Of a DNA stretch of 64,000 nt, positions 19,678 to 28,514 are shown one piece after another. A program made the translations under genes and the position numbers. The stretch lies in IMG/VR virus record IMGVR_UViG_2602042090_000006, positions 9,728-73,727 of that record; one strand, written 5' to 3'. Under the pieces are notes generated by a model. It was not told the origin of the DNA, ran no database searches, and saw nothing but the letters and a program-made list of their open reading frames with translations. How positions within the stretch are numbered: the first letter of the stretch is position 1; the number at the start of each line of letters is the position of its first letter. The stretch comes from a virus (lineage: Duplodnaviria; Caudoviricetes).

Positions 19678-19981
19678 GTGACGGACGCTTCACGCCCTCG
19701 ATGATCGTCTCACGAAGAAGGTGGCGCCAGCCGAGATCGGTCAGCGTCCCGATCTTGACCGAGCCGGCATCAACGATCGTGATGGCGCCCATCATGCGGA
19801 GATAATCCATCTCGCCGTGGATCCACGACCGAGGCTGGCGGATGACGAACGTCTGCAACACAAGTTCAATCGTGCTGCTCGACAGGCTCTCATTTACCTG
19901 TTCGGAGAGGGCTCGCAATATAATGAGACGCGCATCTTCGCGCATGACTTTGTCGTAGTCGACTCCGATCGGGATCATCAA
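19640..19981 (-). CDS. Mu gp26-like winged-helix protein
   Basis: EDARLIILRAL...LTDLG...GVKRPS motifs. Confidence 0.75.
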   Translation of the reverse strand: MMIPIGVDYDKVMREDARLIILRALSEQVNESLSSSTIELVLQTFVIRQPRSWIHGEMDYLRMMGAITIVDAGSVKIGTLTDLGWRHLLRETIIEGVKRPSRAVIPPAGSSHA

Positions 19982-20367
19982 CTGGCCTTCTTCATCTGAT
20001 CAATCAACACGTCGTTCAGCCGCTCGCCGATCGCCTGGATCGGCTTCAGCTTTTCGTCCATCGACGAAAATCGTCCTTCCAGCACCGCATCCTGCTTATC
20101 CAGCCGGCTGACGATGGTCATCATCGTCATCTCCATGCGGTGCGTCGTTTCCTTGTCGGGAATGTGCTTCATGTCGTTCTCGATCGCCTGGATGCGTCGA
20201 TCGTGCTCGATCAGTTTGGCCTCGACTTTGTCGGCCCGTTGCTCGAGCTTTTTTTCTCCGGACGAGAGCAAATTCTTGATCAGGATGATGAAGTTGACGA
20301 TCGCCATAATGACGACGATCCACGACATGAGCGGGGCAAGATCGAGAGCAACATTTGATGCGTTCAC
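19978..20367 (-). CDS. DUF2730-like membrane-anchored coiled-coil protein
   Basis: N-terminal TM plus coiled coil (RIQAIENDMKHIP); Mu gp25 position. Confidence 0.75.
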   Translation of the reverse strand: MNASNVALDLAPLMSWIVVIMAIVNFIILIKNLLSSGEKKLEQRADKVEAKLIEHDRRIQAIENDMKHIPDKETTHRMEMTMMTIVSRLDKQDAVLEGRFSSMDEKLKPIQAIGERLNDVLIDQMKKAS

Positions 20368-20585
20368 CGGTGATACTTCTCTGCTTCAACGAACGTCTGG
20401 CAATCAGTGCACCTGCGGGCGGCTGGATATGCAAGACGGCGTTTTTCGGGGATCGGATGATCGCATGCGATGCAGAGGATCGTTCCGGTCTGCGAGAGCG
20501 CGATGCTTGCAGCTATAACGCCGGCATCGCGCTCCTGTTCAGCTCTTGCCGCAGCAAGCTCAAACATGGCCTCGGAGTTAGTCAC
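20364..20585 (-). CDS. TraR/DksA-type C4 zinc-finger protein; start approximate
   Basis: CIAC...IPEKRRLAYPAARRCTDCQ. Confidence 0.8.
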   Translation of the reverse strand: MTNSEAMFELAAARAEQERDAGVIAASIALSQTGTILCIACDHPIPEKRRLAYPAARRCTDCQTFVEAEKYHR

Positions 20586-21099
20586 GCTGAAGGGGACCCG
20601 GATCGAGAACCACACCTGCCACCGGATGCGAAATCGGCGATCCAGTATAGCCACCGCGCCCCGACGTCCGACGCAACGCTTCCAGCCCCTTATGAACACC
20701 CTTTTCGACTTGCTCCATGACCGTGTCCGGCGTCACGGCACTGCTCACCACCACCTGTAGACGATCGTTCGGAGTTTCCACGGCGCCGGGCAGTGTCGGC
20801 AGGGCGAGAATATGCGGCTCAAGCAGACTGTGAATATCCGGCCGCGACAGTTTGCCGAACCGCTTCAGCGCATCCGGGACCGAGCGCAGCACATAGTCGA
20901 TGGCATCGTCTGCCGATCCGCCCGGCTGGAGCAACAGCTTTGCGCCATTCGCCAAGGCCGACTGGAGCGCGTCCCGGTGCTTGGCTTCGATCTGGATGCC
21001 AGTCCAGCGGTAGAAGACCGCCGAGATGGCGCTCAACAGGGCGATAACGATGAAGTCGAACAGCGGCGGCAGCAGCTGCGTCAGAATAAGCTCTTTCAT
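20578..21099 (-). CDS. Putative holin
   Basis: N-terminal TM, HRDALQSAL..GA motif; immediately follows the endolysin. Confidence 0.65.
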   Translation of the reverse strand: MKELILTQLLPPLFDFIVIALLSAISAVFYRWTGIQIEAKHRDALQSALANGAKLLLQPGGSADDAIDYVLRSVPDALKRFGKLSRPDIHSLLEPHILALPTLPGAVETPNDRLQVVVSSAVTPDTVMEQVEKGVHKGLEALRRTSGRGGYTGSPISHPVAGVVLDPGPLQRD

Positions 21100-21956
21100 G
21101 CGGCGATATCCTCGGCGGGTGTGTAGGGCTGGATCATGGCGAGCGTCTCCCTGCCGACGATGCCATCGACGACAAGGCCACGGGCGCGCTGGAAGGTTTT
21201 CACGGCTGCTTCCGTGCCGGGACCAAAGTCGCCATCGACCGTGAGCAGGTAATGGCCGGCAGCCGCGAGGCCGCGCTGCAACTGATCAACGGCCGGGCCC
21301 TTGGACCCGCGCCGCAAGATCGTGACCGCATTTGGCGTGTTCTGGTTTGCCGCGATCAGCTTGACCTGCAGCTCTGTGACAACGGACTTCGCCTTGCCGA
21401 GCTTCAGGCGGCGATCGTCGAGGCCATTGCGGCCTCCGTTCACGACCTTCGTCACCGCGATCAGGTCATCGCGATCGGCGATGTCATTGAGCTTCTTGGT
21501 TGACCAGAAGAAGAACACGGCCCACGCCGCCCATGGGAATTCGGCGACCAGCTCGGGCTGCGCCTCGAAATCGGGGCAGTTCGGCTGAATGTCGCGCATC
21601 CAGATGGTGAAGCGGCGATAGTTGTCGCGTCCGGTGAGCTGCAGCGGGCAGCGACCCTTGAAGCGCTTGCCATCGCCGGCCTTGACGTTGCCGAGATCCT
21701 TTCGGTTTTCGTAGGCCGCACCTGACGCATACTCCTCGAGCGTGCAGAACCCGTCGCATTCATGGGCGACCTGTGCGAGCAGGTGCGCGATGCGCAGGGC
21801 GGAGGTCACCTCGAACCGGATCAGCATTTCAGGGAGGATCGCGGCGAAGCCGGCGATGATGGCCTTCTGCTTCTGCCCGATCAGACCCGTCGAACGCGGC
21901 ACGATGGCGTAAAGCGACGAGGCGTCAACCGAGGAAGCGAGAGTTGGGAGAGGCAT
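21096..21956 (-). CDS. Endolysin: GH19-type glycoside hydrolase plus C-terminal peptidoglycan-binding domain
   Basis: LAQVAHE, DLGN..GDG.RFKGR..LQLTGR.NY, VNGG.NGL; VDGDFGPGTEAAVKTFQ...LVVDGIVG. Confidence 0.9.
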   Translation of the reverse strand: MPLPTLASSVDASSLYAIVPRSTGLIGQKQKAIIAGFAAILPEMLIRFEVTSALRIAHLLAQVAHECDGFCTLEEYASGAAYENRKDLGNVKAGDGKRFKGRCPLQLTGRDNYRRFTIWMRDIQPNCPDFEAQPELVAEFPWAAWAVFFFWSTKKLNDIADRDDLIAVTKVVNGGRNGLDDRRLKLGKAKSVVTELQVKLIAANQNTPNAVTILRRGSKGPAVDQLQRGLAAAGHYLLTVDGDFGPGTEAAVKTFQRARGLVVDGIVGRETLAMIQPYTPAEDIAA

Positions 21957-22036
21957 GAAAAGACGTTCCTGTCGGGGGTGCGAATGGGAGCACCGATGGA
22001 ACTGTCTTGGATCATTGAAGAGAGTGGGTCATGGGT

Positions 22037-22065
22037 GCGAAATCGCAGCCCCACGGAACTAAAGC
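22037..22065 (-). promoter_or_regulatory. Putative late-activator site upstream of the lysis genes
   Basis: TGCGA-AA-TCGCA palindrome followed by N7-GGAAC-TAAAG. Confidence 0.6.
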
Positions 22066-22457
22066 AGCTTTAACTGCGGGTCAGCCGGCGGTCGTCTGCG
22101 ACGGTGCTCGGCGACGGTGTTCTGCGAGACGCCCAGCGTACGGACGATCTCATTCGTTGAATAGCCCTTCTCGATAAGATCGGCAATGGCGGCGGCGCGG
22201 CGGCGTTTGTCGCCAGCAATCGCCTGCGGGATCTCGATCTTCATAGAGCCATAGGCGGCAGCAATCTTTTCCGCCGCTTCCAGACCGACAACCTGAGCAA
22301 GCCAGTGATCAGCGGTCACCTGTTCTGGAATGTAAACGCGCTCTCCTGGCCGGGCCCGCCCAAGCGCAATCGCCGCTTCCTCACCCGCAACATTAGCGAT
22401 GCGGTTCAGAAGCGGCGTGAGCCAGACGCGGTCAGAGGGATGCTCGCCCGATGTCAT
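22059..22457 (-). CDS. Mor/C-family transcription activator
   Basis: G.EAA..L....G..VYIP motif and C-terminal HTH; last gene before lysis. Confidence 0.8.
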   Translation of the reverse strand: MTSGEHPSDRVWLTPLLNRIANVAGEEAAIALGRARPGERVYIPEQVTADHWLAQVVGLEAAEKIAAAYGSMKIEIPQAIAGDKRRRAAAIADLIEKGYSTNEIVRTLGVSQNTVAEHRRRRPPADPQLKLL

Positions 22458-22888
22458 CGTGATGAACCGGCTCCCCAAATGATAGTGACACCAGAGAACA
22501 GACCAAGCGGGTTATGCTGGCACCAGAAGATCGCCATGTTCCCGAGAGCCGTGTTGCTATCGAGATCCGCAGAGACGGCGCCGATGCGATCCGGAGAAAA
22601 GCCGTCATCGATGGCGAACGCCTCCGCATCATCGCGACCGAGCTTGCAGCCGTCGAGTTCGATCATTGTGATGCCGCGCGGCGTGGTCTCGATCAGGATT
22701 GGCAGCACCGAAACACAGATCGGATCGACGGCAAGGAGCTTGCGGCAATATCGTGTCCGCATGCCCTCAAAGAGCTGCACGGCTTCCTCCGGACGCGCAT
22801 GACGCTTCCGGTCGGCGCGAACGGTCTGGTGCTTTTGACGTAGCTCGATCTGCGGTGCAAAGATCTTCTTGAAGCTGTAGGCGACCAT
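22454..22888 (-). CDS. ASCH-like protein
   Basis: MVAYSFK..F..I...KHQTVR and FAIDDGF motifs. Confidence 0.7.
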   Translation of the reverse strand: MVAYSFKKIFAPQIELRQKHQTVRADRKRHARPEEAVQLFEGMRTRYCRKLLAVDPICVSVLPILIETTPRGITMIELDGCKLGRDDAEAFAIDDGFSPDRIGAVSADLDSNTALGNMAIFWCQHNPLGLFSGVTIIWGAGSSR

Positions 22889-23532
22889 CAGCGTGTCCCC
22901 TTCTTTTCCCGAATGCGTCGGCCGAAGGCGTTCATGACCGTGATCCATTCGTCCGAGGTCAGCGATCGACCGGAAACCTGCTGACCGAGGATGCCTTTCA
23001 CTGCATCCCAGAAGGCGCGAGGGATCTTGGCTTCCACGGCGCCGACCAGAATGACCCACTGTGCCTGGGCAATGCGGTAGCCGTCCGCGCGCTGCCACGG
23101 CTGCAGCGCCGAGTGAACGCTCCAGTCCACGCTGGCCTCGCGGCTGAGCCACTTTTTCAGCGCCTCGATCACCTTGCGGGAGTCTTCGGCGTCCTGAAGC
23201 CATCGCACATGATCGATACCGGTCTGCGCCTTAACAAACGCGATCAGCGCCGCGTCGTCGCGATCGCGGACAACGCCGAGATTGAAGCCAGCGATCCAAA
23301 GCGCCTGCAGCTTTCCGGCGTACCTACCGGATAGCTTCTGTCGGCCGTTCTGGCGACGCTCGATTGGCTTGAAACCAAGCCGGCGAAACTCAGCGATGAC
23401 AGCCTGACGCTCTTCCTCGGTCATGTCCTTTGCCGAGGATTTGCCGGTGATGAGTTTGAGCTTGGCTCGGTAGACATCGTCGTCCAGGCCGAGCTGCTTC
23501 TGCGCAACCTTGATGGCGGCGATCGAACTCAT
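22888..23532 (-). CDS. gemA: GemA / gp16 (DUF1018) regulatory protein
   Basis: IKVAQKQLGLDDDVYR..L...TGKSS and KVIEALKKW motifs. Confidence 0.88.
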   Translation of the reverse strand: MSSIAAIKVAQKQLGLDDDVYRAKLKLITGKSSAKDMTEEERQAVIAEFRRLGFKPIERRQNGRQKLSGRYAGKLQALWIAGFNLGVVRDRDDAALIAFVKAQTGIDHVRWLQDAEDSRKVIEALKKWLSREASVDWSVHSALQPWQRADGYRIAQAQWVILVGAVEAKIPRAFWDAVKGILGQQVSGRSLTSDEWITVMNAFGRRIREKKGTR

Positions 23533-23714
23533 GAGAACTTCTCCCACAATGCCTGGGCGATCACAGTGAGGTTGATGCTCATGAGCTTGTCATCATCGAT
23601 CTTCCTCACGGCCAACGTGCCAAGAGCCGCAGCCGGAAGGATGACGAAACCCTGTTTCTGGTGCTCTTCGACGAGGCACTCGACGATCTCCTCGAGGGTG
23701 CGGAAGTGTCTCAT
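23529..23714 (-). CDS. Hypothetical protein
   Basis: 61 aa; overlaps both neighbours by 4 nt. Confidence 0.55.
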   Translation of the reverse strand: MRHFRTLEEIVECLVEEHQKQGFVILPAAALGTLAVRKIDDDKLMSINLTVIAQALWEKFS

Positions 23715-24400
23715 TCTGTCCACCCCCCGATCAGGAGCTGCTCGGACCGCTCCTGGCCGACACCCCGCGACAGATGCGCATCTGCACCGGCACGCCATCC
23801 GGCACCCTCGGCAGCGTCGAACCGCGATTTGTGCTGCTTCAGCTTGACCGATCGGCTCTCAGGGTATCGGCGGTCCCGCTCCTGTTGCGCGAGAGTGGTC
23901 GCCTGCTCTGAGATCGTTTCGCTGAACAGTTCGAACAGGCGCAGGCGCAGCCGCCGTACAAGCCCGAGCGTAAAGTCGTCCGCTGCCTGCCGCTTCGTCT
24001 TGGCCGATCGGCGCCGGCGATAGAACTCGCCTGTCCGAAACTTCTTCAGCTCGCTGTCGATCACGGTGTTGCACACGTCGAACAGGTAGACCGCGACGTC
24101 CGGCCACGGTTCGGCACCAGTGAACGAAATCTCCCTGCCGTTCGGTGTAGTGCTGGTGATCGCGGCCGTGTTGGTTACAGACGCGATCACCGGCCAGAGC
24201 CGAGCGCGGATAGACGTGGACGCGCTCTTCGTAGGCTTGCCCTTCTCTGTCATCAGCAGCGTGTGCTGATCGAGGCCGTGCTCACGCATGAGGGCTGCAG
24301 CCTTTGACGCGGCTTCAATGGCCTCCGCCTCGGTGCAGCCGCGCGACACCGTCCTATTCAGGAGCGCCTTGATCTTGTTGCGGATCGTATCGTTGGTCAT
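23711..24400 (-). CDS. DUF2786-domain protein
   Basis: KIKALL....GCTEAEA..A..KAAALM.EHGL motif. Confidence 0.8.
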   Translation of the reverse strand: MTNDTIRNKIKALLNRTVSRGCTEAEAIEAASKAAALMREHGLDQHTLLMTEKGKPTKSASTSIRARLWPVIASVTNTAAITSTTPNGREISFTGAEPWPDVAVYLFDVCNTVIDSELKKFRTGEFYRRRRSAKTKRQAADDFTLGLVRRLRLRLFELFSETISEQATTLAQQERDRRYPESRSVKLKQHKSRFDAAEGAGWRAGADAHLSRGVGQERSEQLLIGGWTE

Positions 24401-24666
24401 GCTGCCACCTCGTCATTTTCGCGCTCAATCAGGTCGGCCGACTTGAAGAAGATTGGGGTAAAGACCCGAGCGAAGACATGCTCGACAGTCCAGCCGAGGG
24501 CCTGCCGCTCTGCCCACTTCGCCGCACTGGTCGGGTCGCTGGATGGGAATGATGCCTCGATCGCAGCAGCAGCCGTGGCACGGTAGGTGTGCCCGAGAAG
24601 CGAGCCGGCCGCGTTGCACAACGCATAGCCTTGTGAATAGGAGGTTATCGGACGGGGAGCGCTCAT
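24397..24666 (-). CDS. Hypothetical protein
   Basis: ATGA-coupled within the early operon. Confidence 0.55.
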   Translation of the reverse strand: MSAPRPITSYSQGYALCNAAGSLLGHTYRATAAAAIEASFPSSDPTSAAKWAERQALGWTVEHVFARVFTPIFFKSADLIERENDEVAA

Positions 24667-24890
24667 GATTGATACGCCTCCCGGCCCGCTTCGGTAACCT
24701 CATAGAGAGACGCCGAGAAAGCATCACGGTCGATCAGGCCGAGTGCGATGAGGCCGTGAACTGTACGGCTGTCGTGGACCTTCTTTTCTCCGCACACAAA
24801 GTTGCCGGACACCAATCGAAGTCTGGCGCCGTTAATCATCCGGCAGAGGACGCTTTCCTGGGCGACGGACAGTTTCTTTCCCTTCGTCAT
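24663..24890 (-). CDS. Hypothetical winged-helix-like protein
   Basis: TV..LI.LGLI...YEVTEAGREA pattern; strong SD. Confidence 0.6.
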   Translation of the reverse strand: MTKGKKLSVAQESVLCRMINGARLRLVSGNFVCGEKKVHDSRTVHGLIALGLIDRDAFSASLYEVTEAGREAYQS

Positions 24891-25037
24891 TGCCCGCCCT
24901 CTTCAGTTCCAAAGACTGCGAAACCGTAGCCTTTACGAAGCGATCCAGAACCTGCGAGAGTGTGGCTCTGCGACCGGCGGGAACCGGTCGCAGAGCCTCT
25001 CAATCCCTCAAAGACAGCATTCGAAGGATCGAAAACA

Positions 25038-25319
25038 ATGGAAGAAGCCAAGGAAATTATCGCTCGCTTGCAGGCGCTGGAATATGTGGTCGAGTTACTC
25101 CTCTCTCGGGAAATGGTACGAAGCCCGAGCTTAAGAGACTCAGTAAGGGAGCAGGCCGACCAGATCGCTGCAGAAGACAGGACTGCGAAAGATGATGAGG
25201 ATCCTGAGTTCATTGAGGCTCACCTTCACTATCTCGAGCGTCTTCTACGCGACGGCTTGAAAGCCGCTCAGGCGTGGGACGACCATAAGGTTGGCGAAGA
25301 AGCGGCCTTAAGGACGTAG
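25038..25319 (+). CDS. Hypothetical moron-like protein on the opposite strand
   Basis: GAAGGA SD; natural-looking helical protein (MEEAKEIIARLQALE...); lower GC than flanks. Confidence 0.55.
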   Translation: MEEAKEIIARLQALEYVVELLLSREMVRSPSLRDSVREQADQIAAEDRTAKDDEDPEFIEAHLHYLERLLRDGLKAAQAWDDHKVGEEAALRT

Positions 25320-25884
25320 GCAGCTGCCCCACATTCGGTTGGGGTGCGGAGCCGTCTTCGATGGGCAGCGGCGACCAGTGCGTGAATGTGCCACTCGACT
25401 CATACGGCGAGTAGACATGCCGACCGTCATGACGTTTCTCATCGATGTCGTCGGTGAAGATATCAAAGGGATCGTCCGGCCAGACGAAATCGTCGAACTC
25501 TTCATGCCAGCGCACGATGACATAACGGTCCCATGTGCCGCCGGGCGCCGGTCCCCGATAGGCAAGGAACCATGTCCCGTCTTTTGGCGCGCTCTCGATG
25601 GGGTAACGCCCAACCAGATCTGCCTGGGGTGATGGGGCGGCGATGATGCTTGTGATGTAACCGTAAAAGTTGGAACCGGCCCACATGTCAGACTGATCGT
25701 CATAATTCGATCCGTCGAACATGGCGTAGAAGGCGTCGGTGACTTCGGCACGAACCTGCGTTTCACTCATCGCCGAGATGCGCGGCATGTCTTCGTCTGA
25801 CATGCCGGCATCGTTTAGCATTTCGAGGCGATCCTTCTCCGGGATATCGGAGATCTCAATCTCAAAGGATAGGGTGAGTTTCAT
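25210..25884 (-). CDS. Hypothetical protein with a DUF551-like domain
   Basis: PIESAPKDGT...THWSPLP motif. Confidence 0.65.
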   Translation of the reverse strand: MKLTLSFEIEISDIPEKDRLEMLNDAGMSDEDMPRISAMSETQVRAEVTDAFYAMFDGSNYDDQSDMWAGSNFYGYITSIIAAPSPQADLVGRYPIESAPKDGTWFLAYRGPAPGGTWDRYVIVRWHEEFDDFVWPDDPFDIFTDDIDEKRHDGRHVYSPYESSGTFTHWSPLPIEDGSAPQPNVGQLPTSLRPLLRQPYGRPTPERLSSRRVEDARDSEGEPQ

Positions 25885-25894
25885 GGTCTCGCCC

Positions 25895-26554
25895 TCACGC
25901 CTTGGCCAGATCGATGGTCACGGCCTTGAACTCGTCCGTGATCCGTTCGCGACGATAGAAGCGGACATACTGCTTTGAGCCCGTCACGCGCATCGCATCG
26001 CGGATGGCATCCATGGCGCGCTTCCACCGCGGATCGTCAATCTCGTGCCGCATCAGCATGAAGATCTCCGAACGGTTGATCTTGCCCTCGCTGTCGGTGT
26101 TGAACGCGCGCGTGACGATCGACTGGATCTCCGGCCGGCTATCGCTCGACCATTCATTCAGGCATTCGTCGATCAGGCTCTTGGCAATGTGCAGTTCCGA
26201 CCCGAAGTCGATCAGCTCCTGCACCTGCACCTGAACCTTCATGAGCCCATCGAACGTCTGATACGTCCGGTTGCCCTTCGCGCCGCCGACCTTCGCTTTG
26301 TACTCCTGCGCAATCAGGGCGTCGAAGTCGCCGAGATCCGTCATGGTGTGGCCACGGAACCGGGCGATCTGCTCATTCAGCGAGACGGCAAAACCCATGA
26401 TCTTGCGAACAGTCTCGTCTTCGAGCTGGTGCTGCGGCTTGACCATCGAGAGCGGGACGTAAGAGCCCTTCGCATCCACCATGAAGTCCCGGCCGTTGAT
26501 GGCGATCACGCCGTCGTTGCGTTCTTCCAGAATTACTGCGTCCATTTTCATCAT
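25895..26554 (-). CDS. DUF3164-family protein
   Basis: GG.KGN.T..TFDG..KV and W.RAMDAIRDA....GSK.YVRFY motifs. Confidence 0.85.
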   Translation of the reverse strand: MMKMDAVILEERNDGVIAINGRDFMVDAKGSYVPLSMVKPQHQLEDETVRKIMGFAVSLNEQIARFRGHTMTDLGDFDALIAQEYKAKVGGAKGNRTYQTFDGLMKVQVQVQELIDFGSELHIAKSLIDECLNEWSSDSRPEIQSIVTRAFNTDSEGKINRSEIFMLMRHEIDDPRWKRAMDAIRDAMRVTGSKQYVRFYRRERITDEFKAVTIDLAKA

Positions 26555-26844
26555 CCTTTTTTGAACGCGTCGTCAGCGTTCTTGAGGTCTTTGGCGGTAG
26601 CAACCACATGATCGCGGGCTGCCTTCTCGCCGGGTGTGTACTGAGCCTGTTCGAAACGGGAGATGGCCCGTTTCAGGCGTTCGATGGAGAGGCGGACCGC
26701 CCGTAGGCGGCTCCGCGTGGTGGCTTCATCGCGGTTGGCGGCTTCGATCAGCCGGACGTTCACGATGTCGTCGATCTCCGGCTGAAGCCGTCTGAGGAGG
26801 TCCGCTTTCGGGAAGGCGAACAGAAGGTCGAGCGTGTCCTTCAT
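26551..26844 (-). CDS. Hypothetical protein
   Basis: MKDTLDLLF...; GGAGG SD; coupled start. Confidence 0.6.
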   Translation of the reverse strand: MKDTLDLLFAFPKADLLRRLQPEIDDIVNVRLIEAANRDEATTRSRLRAVRLSIERLKRAISRFEQAQYTPGEKAARDHVVATAKDLKNADDAFKKG

Positions 26845-27134
26845 GCTGCATCGCCTCCTCCGTTCCATGTCGGCTTCGGAGCCTCGGGCCGACGGAACGG
26901 CACGATGTTGCCGCCGACCACGACGAGCTGCGGCCGTGGAGAGGCCAATGTCAGCTCGCGAGACAGGAAGCGGTTTTCCTCCTCCTCGCCTGTCGCCAGT
27001 TCGATCACCGTGTTCAGCTGGGTCAGGAGAGCAGCGACGTCCTCGCCGCTGAACGTGCCGCCGCCATGAACGAACGGCTTCAGCTGGTTGCGGATGGCGG
27101 TTGCGTGGTGCGATGCCTTGGCGCTGAATTTCAT
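26841..27134 (-). CDS. Hypothetical protein
   Basis: 97 aa, coupled; ends GGDAA. Confidence 0.65.
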   Translation of the reverse strand: MKFSAKASHHATAIRNQLKPFVHGGGTFSGEDVAALLTQLNTVIELATGEEEENRFLSRELTLASPRPQLVVVGGNIVPFRRPEAPKPTWNGGGDAA

Positions 27135-27415
27135 GACTTCCTCCCGAAATCTGGACGGATGATCGTGCCCGCTGACGGCAGCATGTCGGCCAAGGTGTCC
27201 GTGGCGGTCTGTTCGATGCGGGTGCGGTACTCGCGGCCGGCTTCGGTCTCGCGAAGGATGGAAAGCTCAAGCTCCATGCTCGCCGCGAGCTTTTCGAGGA
27301 TGCGGAGTTTGTGATCCAACACGCCTGCGAAAACGGAACCAGCAAGCACGTCCTTGGCACCGTCACGCAGTTGGCCGAGTTCCGTGCTCAGGGTCTGGTC
27401 GAGCGCCCTCCTCAT
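27131..27415 (-). CDS. Hypothetical protein
   Basis: Coupled to the MuB stop (MRRALDQTLS...). Confidence 0.6.
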   Translation of the reverse strand: MRRALDQTLSTELGQLRDGAKDVLAGSVFAGVLDHKLRILEKLAASMELELSILRETEAGREYRTRIEQTATDTLADMLPSAGTIIRPDFGRKS

Positions 27416-28437
27416 GAGATGTCTCCCAGATCCCGGTTCTTCCAAGCCATCTGCAGGTGCTTGAGCGTGACCTCGTCGCCGTCGCCGATCGCGGCCATGG
27501 TGGCCAGCTTCATGGTGCGGTCGATCTGCCGGAGCGCGCCCGGCTTCAGAGCGATACCAAGCAGGAACCGGATCATGTCATCGTCCTGGACGTCCCATGC
27601 CGCGATCAGCGTGCGCGCATCGTCGCCACGGCTCGGCTCACGCTTCAGGCGCTTGTCGAAGCGAGAGAGCACCTGCGCGCGGCTGGAAACCGACCGCGAC
27701 CGTTCCTTCATGAAGTCGCCGGCCGTGTCCTCGTTTCCGAGAAGCGCGACACCGCACTTGTTGATATCGACGAAGTGCCGGAGCTGATTGATCGCATCCG
27801 GCAAGAGGTTCTGCGCCTCGTCGATGATCAGGATCGAACCGTCGCCGATCCGCTGCAGCTTCCGGCCGATGGCCCGCACCAGGCGCGCCGGATTGTGCTC
27901 CGAAACATCCAGTTCTGCGGCCAGCTCGACGAGCATGCCGTGCACCGTCTTCGTGTTCGGACTGATCGTGGCGAGATACGCATGCGGCCGGGTCAGGCAG
28001 AAATGACGTGCCGCCGTGGTCTTGCCGACGCCGGCATCGAGCGTGATGGCAACGAAGCCCGCCGTCACCTGAGCATAGGCGAGCGTTTCGAGGATCTCGC
28101 GCGCAACCAGCGTCTGCTGGAAAACAGGCGAGACAGGAACACGGGAGGCAAGGCCCGAGCTTTCCTCGAGCGCCGCCAGCCAGTTGCTGACCTGATTGTT
28201 CTGGTTGACGAGAACGCCGAGATACTTGCCCGACGCCCACTGCGAGAAGGTGCCGTCCGGAATGTTCGTCCGGCGGGCGATCGCCGTCTTGTTCCAGCCA
28301 TTCGCCGTGGCCACGCCGATGACGCGCGAGATCAGGGTGCGCCAGATCTCGACGTCCTGCGCCGGGTGCTTGGCCAGAAACTCGGCTGTCGGCTGCGGGT
28401 GATCCCATCCGCTACTTGTGCCTGTGGTATTTTTCAT
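27412..28437 (-). CDS. MuB-like AAA+ transposition ATPase
   Basis: N-terminal HTH; AGVGKT Walker A; ILIIDEAQ Walker B; follows the transposase. Confidence 0.93.
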   Translation of the reverse strand: MKNTTGTSSGWDHPQPTAEFLAKHPAQDVEIWRTLISRVIGVATANGWNKTAIARRTNIPDGTFSQWASGKYLGVLVNQNNQVSNWLAALEESSGLASRVPVSPVFQQTLVAREILETLAYAQVTAGFVAITLDAGVGKTTAARHFCLTRPHAYLATISPNTKTVHGMLVELAAELDVSEHNPARLVRAIGRKLQRIGDGSILIIDEAQNLLPDAINQLRHFVDINKCGVALLGNEDTAGDFMKERSRSVSSRAQVLSRFDKRLKREPSRGDDARTLIAAWDVQDDDMIRFLLGIALKPGALRQIDRTMKLATMAAIGDGDEVTLKHLQMAWKNRDLGDIS

Positions 28438-28465
28438 CTACTTGGTTCCTTGCATAGAGACTTCC

Positions 28466-28497
28466 GGGCGCCCCTTCGTTGTGGCGCCCATTTTTTT
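28466..28497 (+). terminator. Plus-strand terminator between A and B (antisense to the operon)
   Basis: GGGCGCC-10 nt-GGCGCCC-ATTTTTTT. Confidence 0.6.
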
Positions 28498-28514
28498 GGT
28501 CGGAACCGTACGCA

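Noticed and set aside
26551-27366. 271-aa ORF as called by the track (similarly the extensions in 11096..11638, 22454..23203 and 54042..54743)
   Set aside because: The N-terminal extensions overlap other genes; internal coupled starts with SD sequences fit better.
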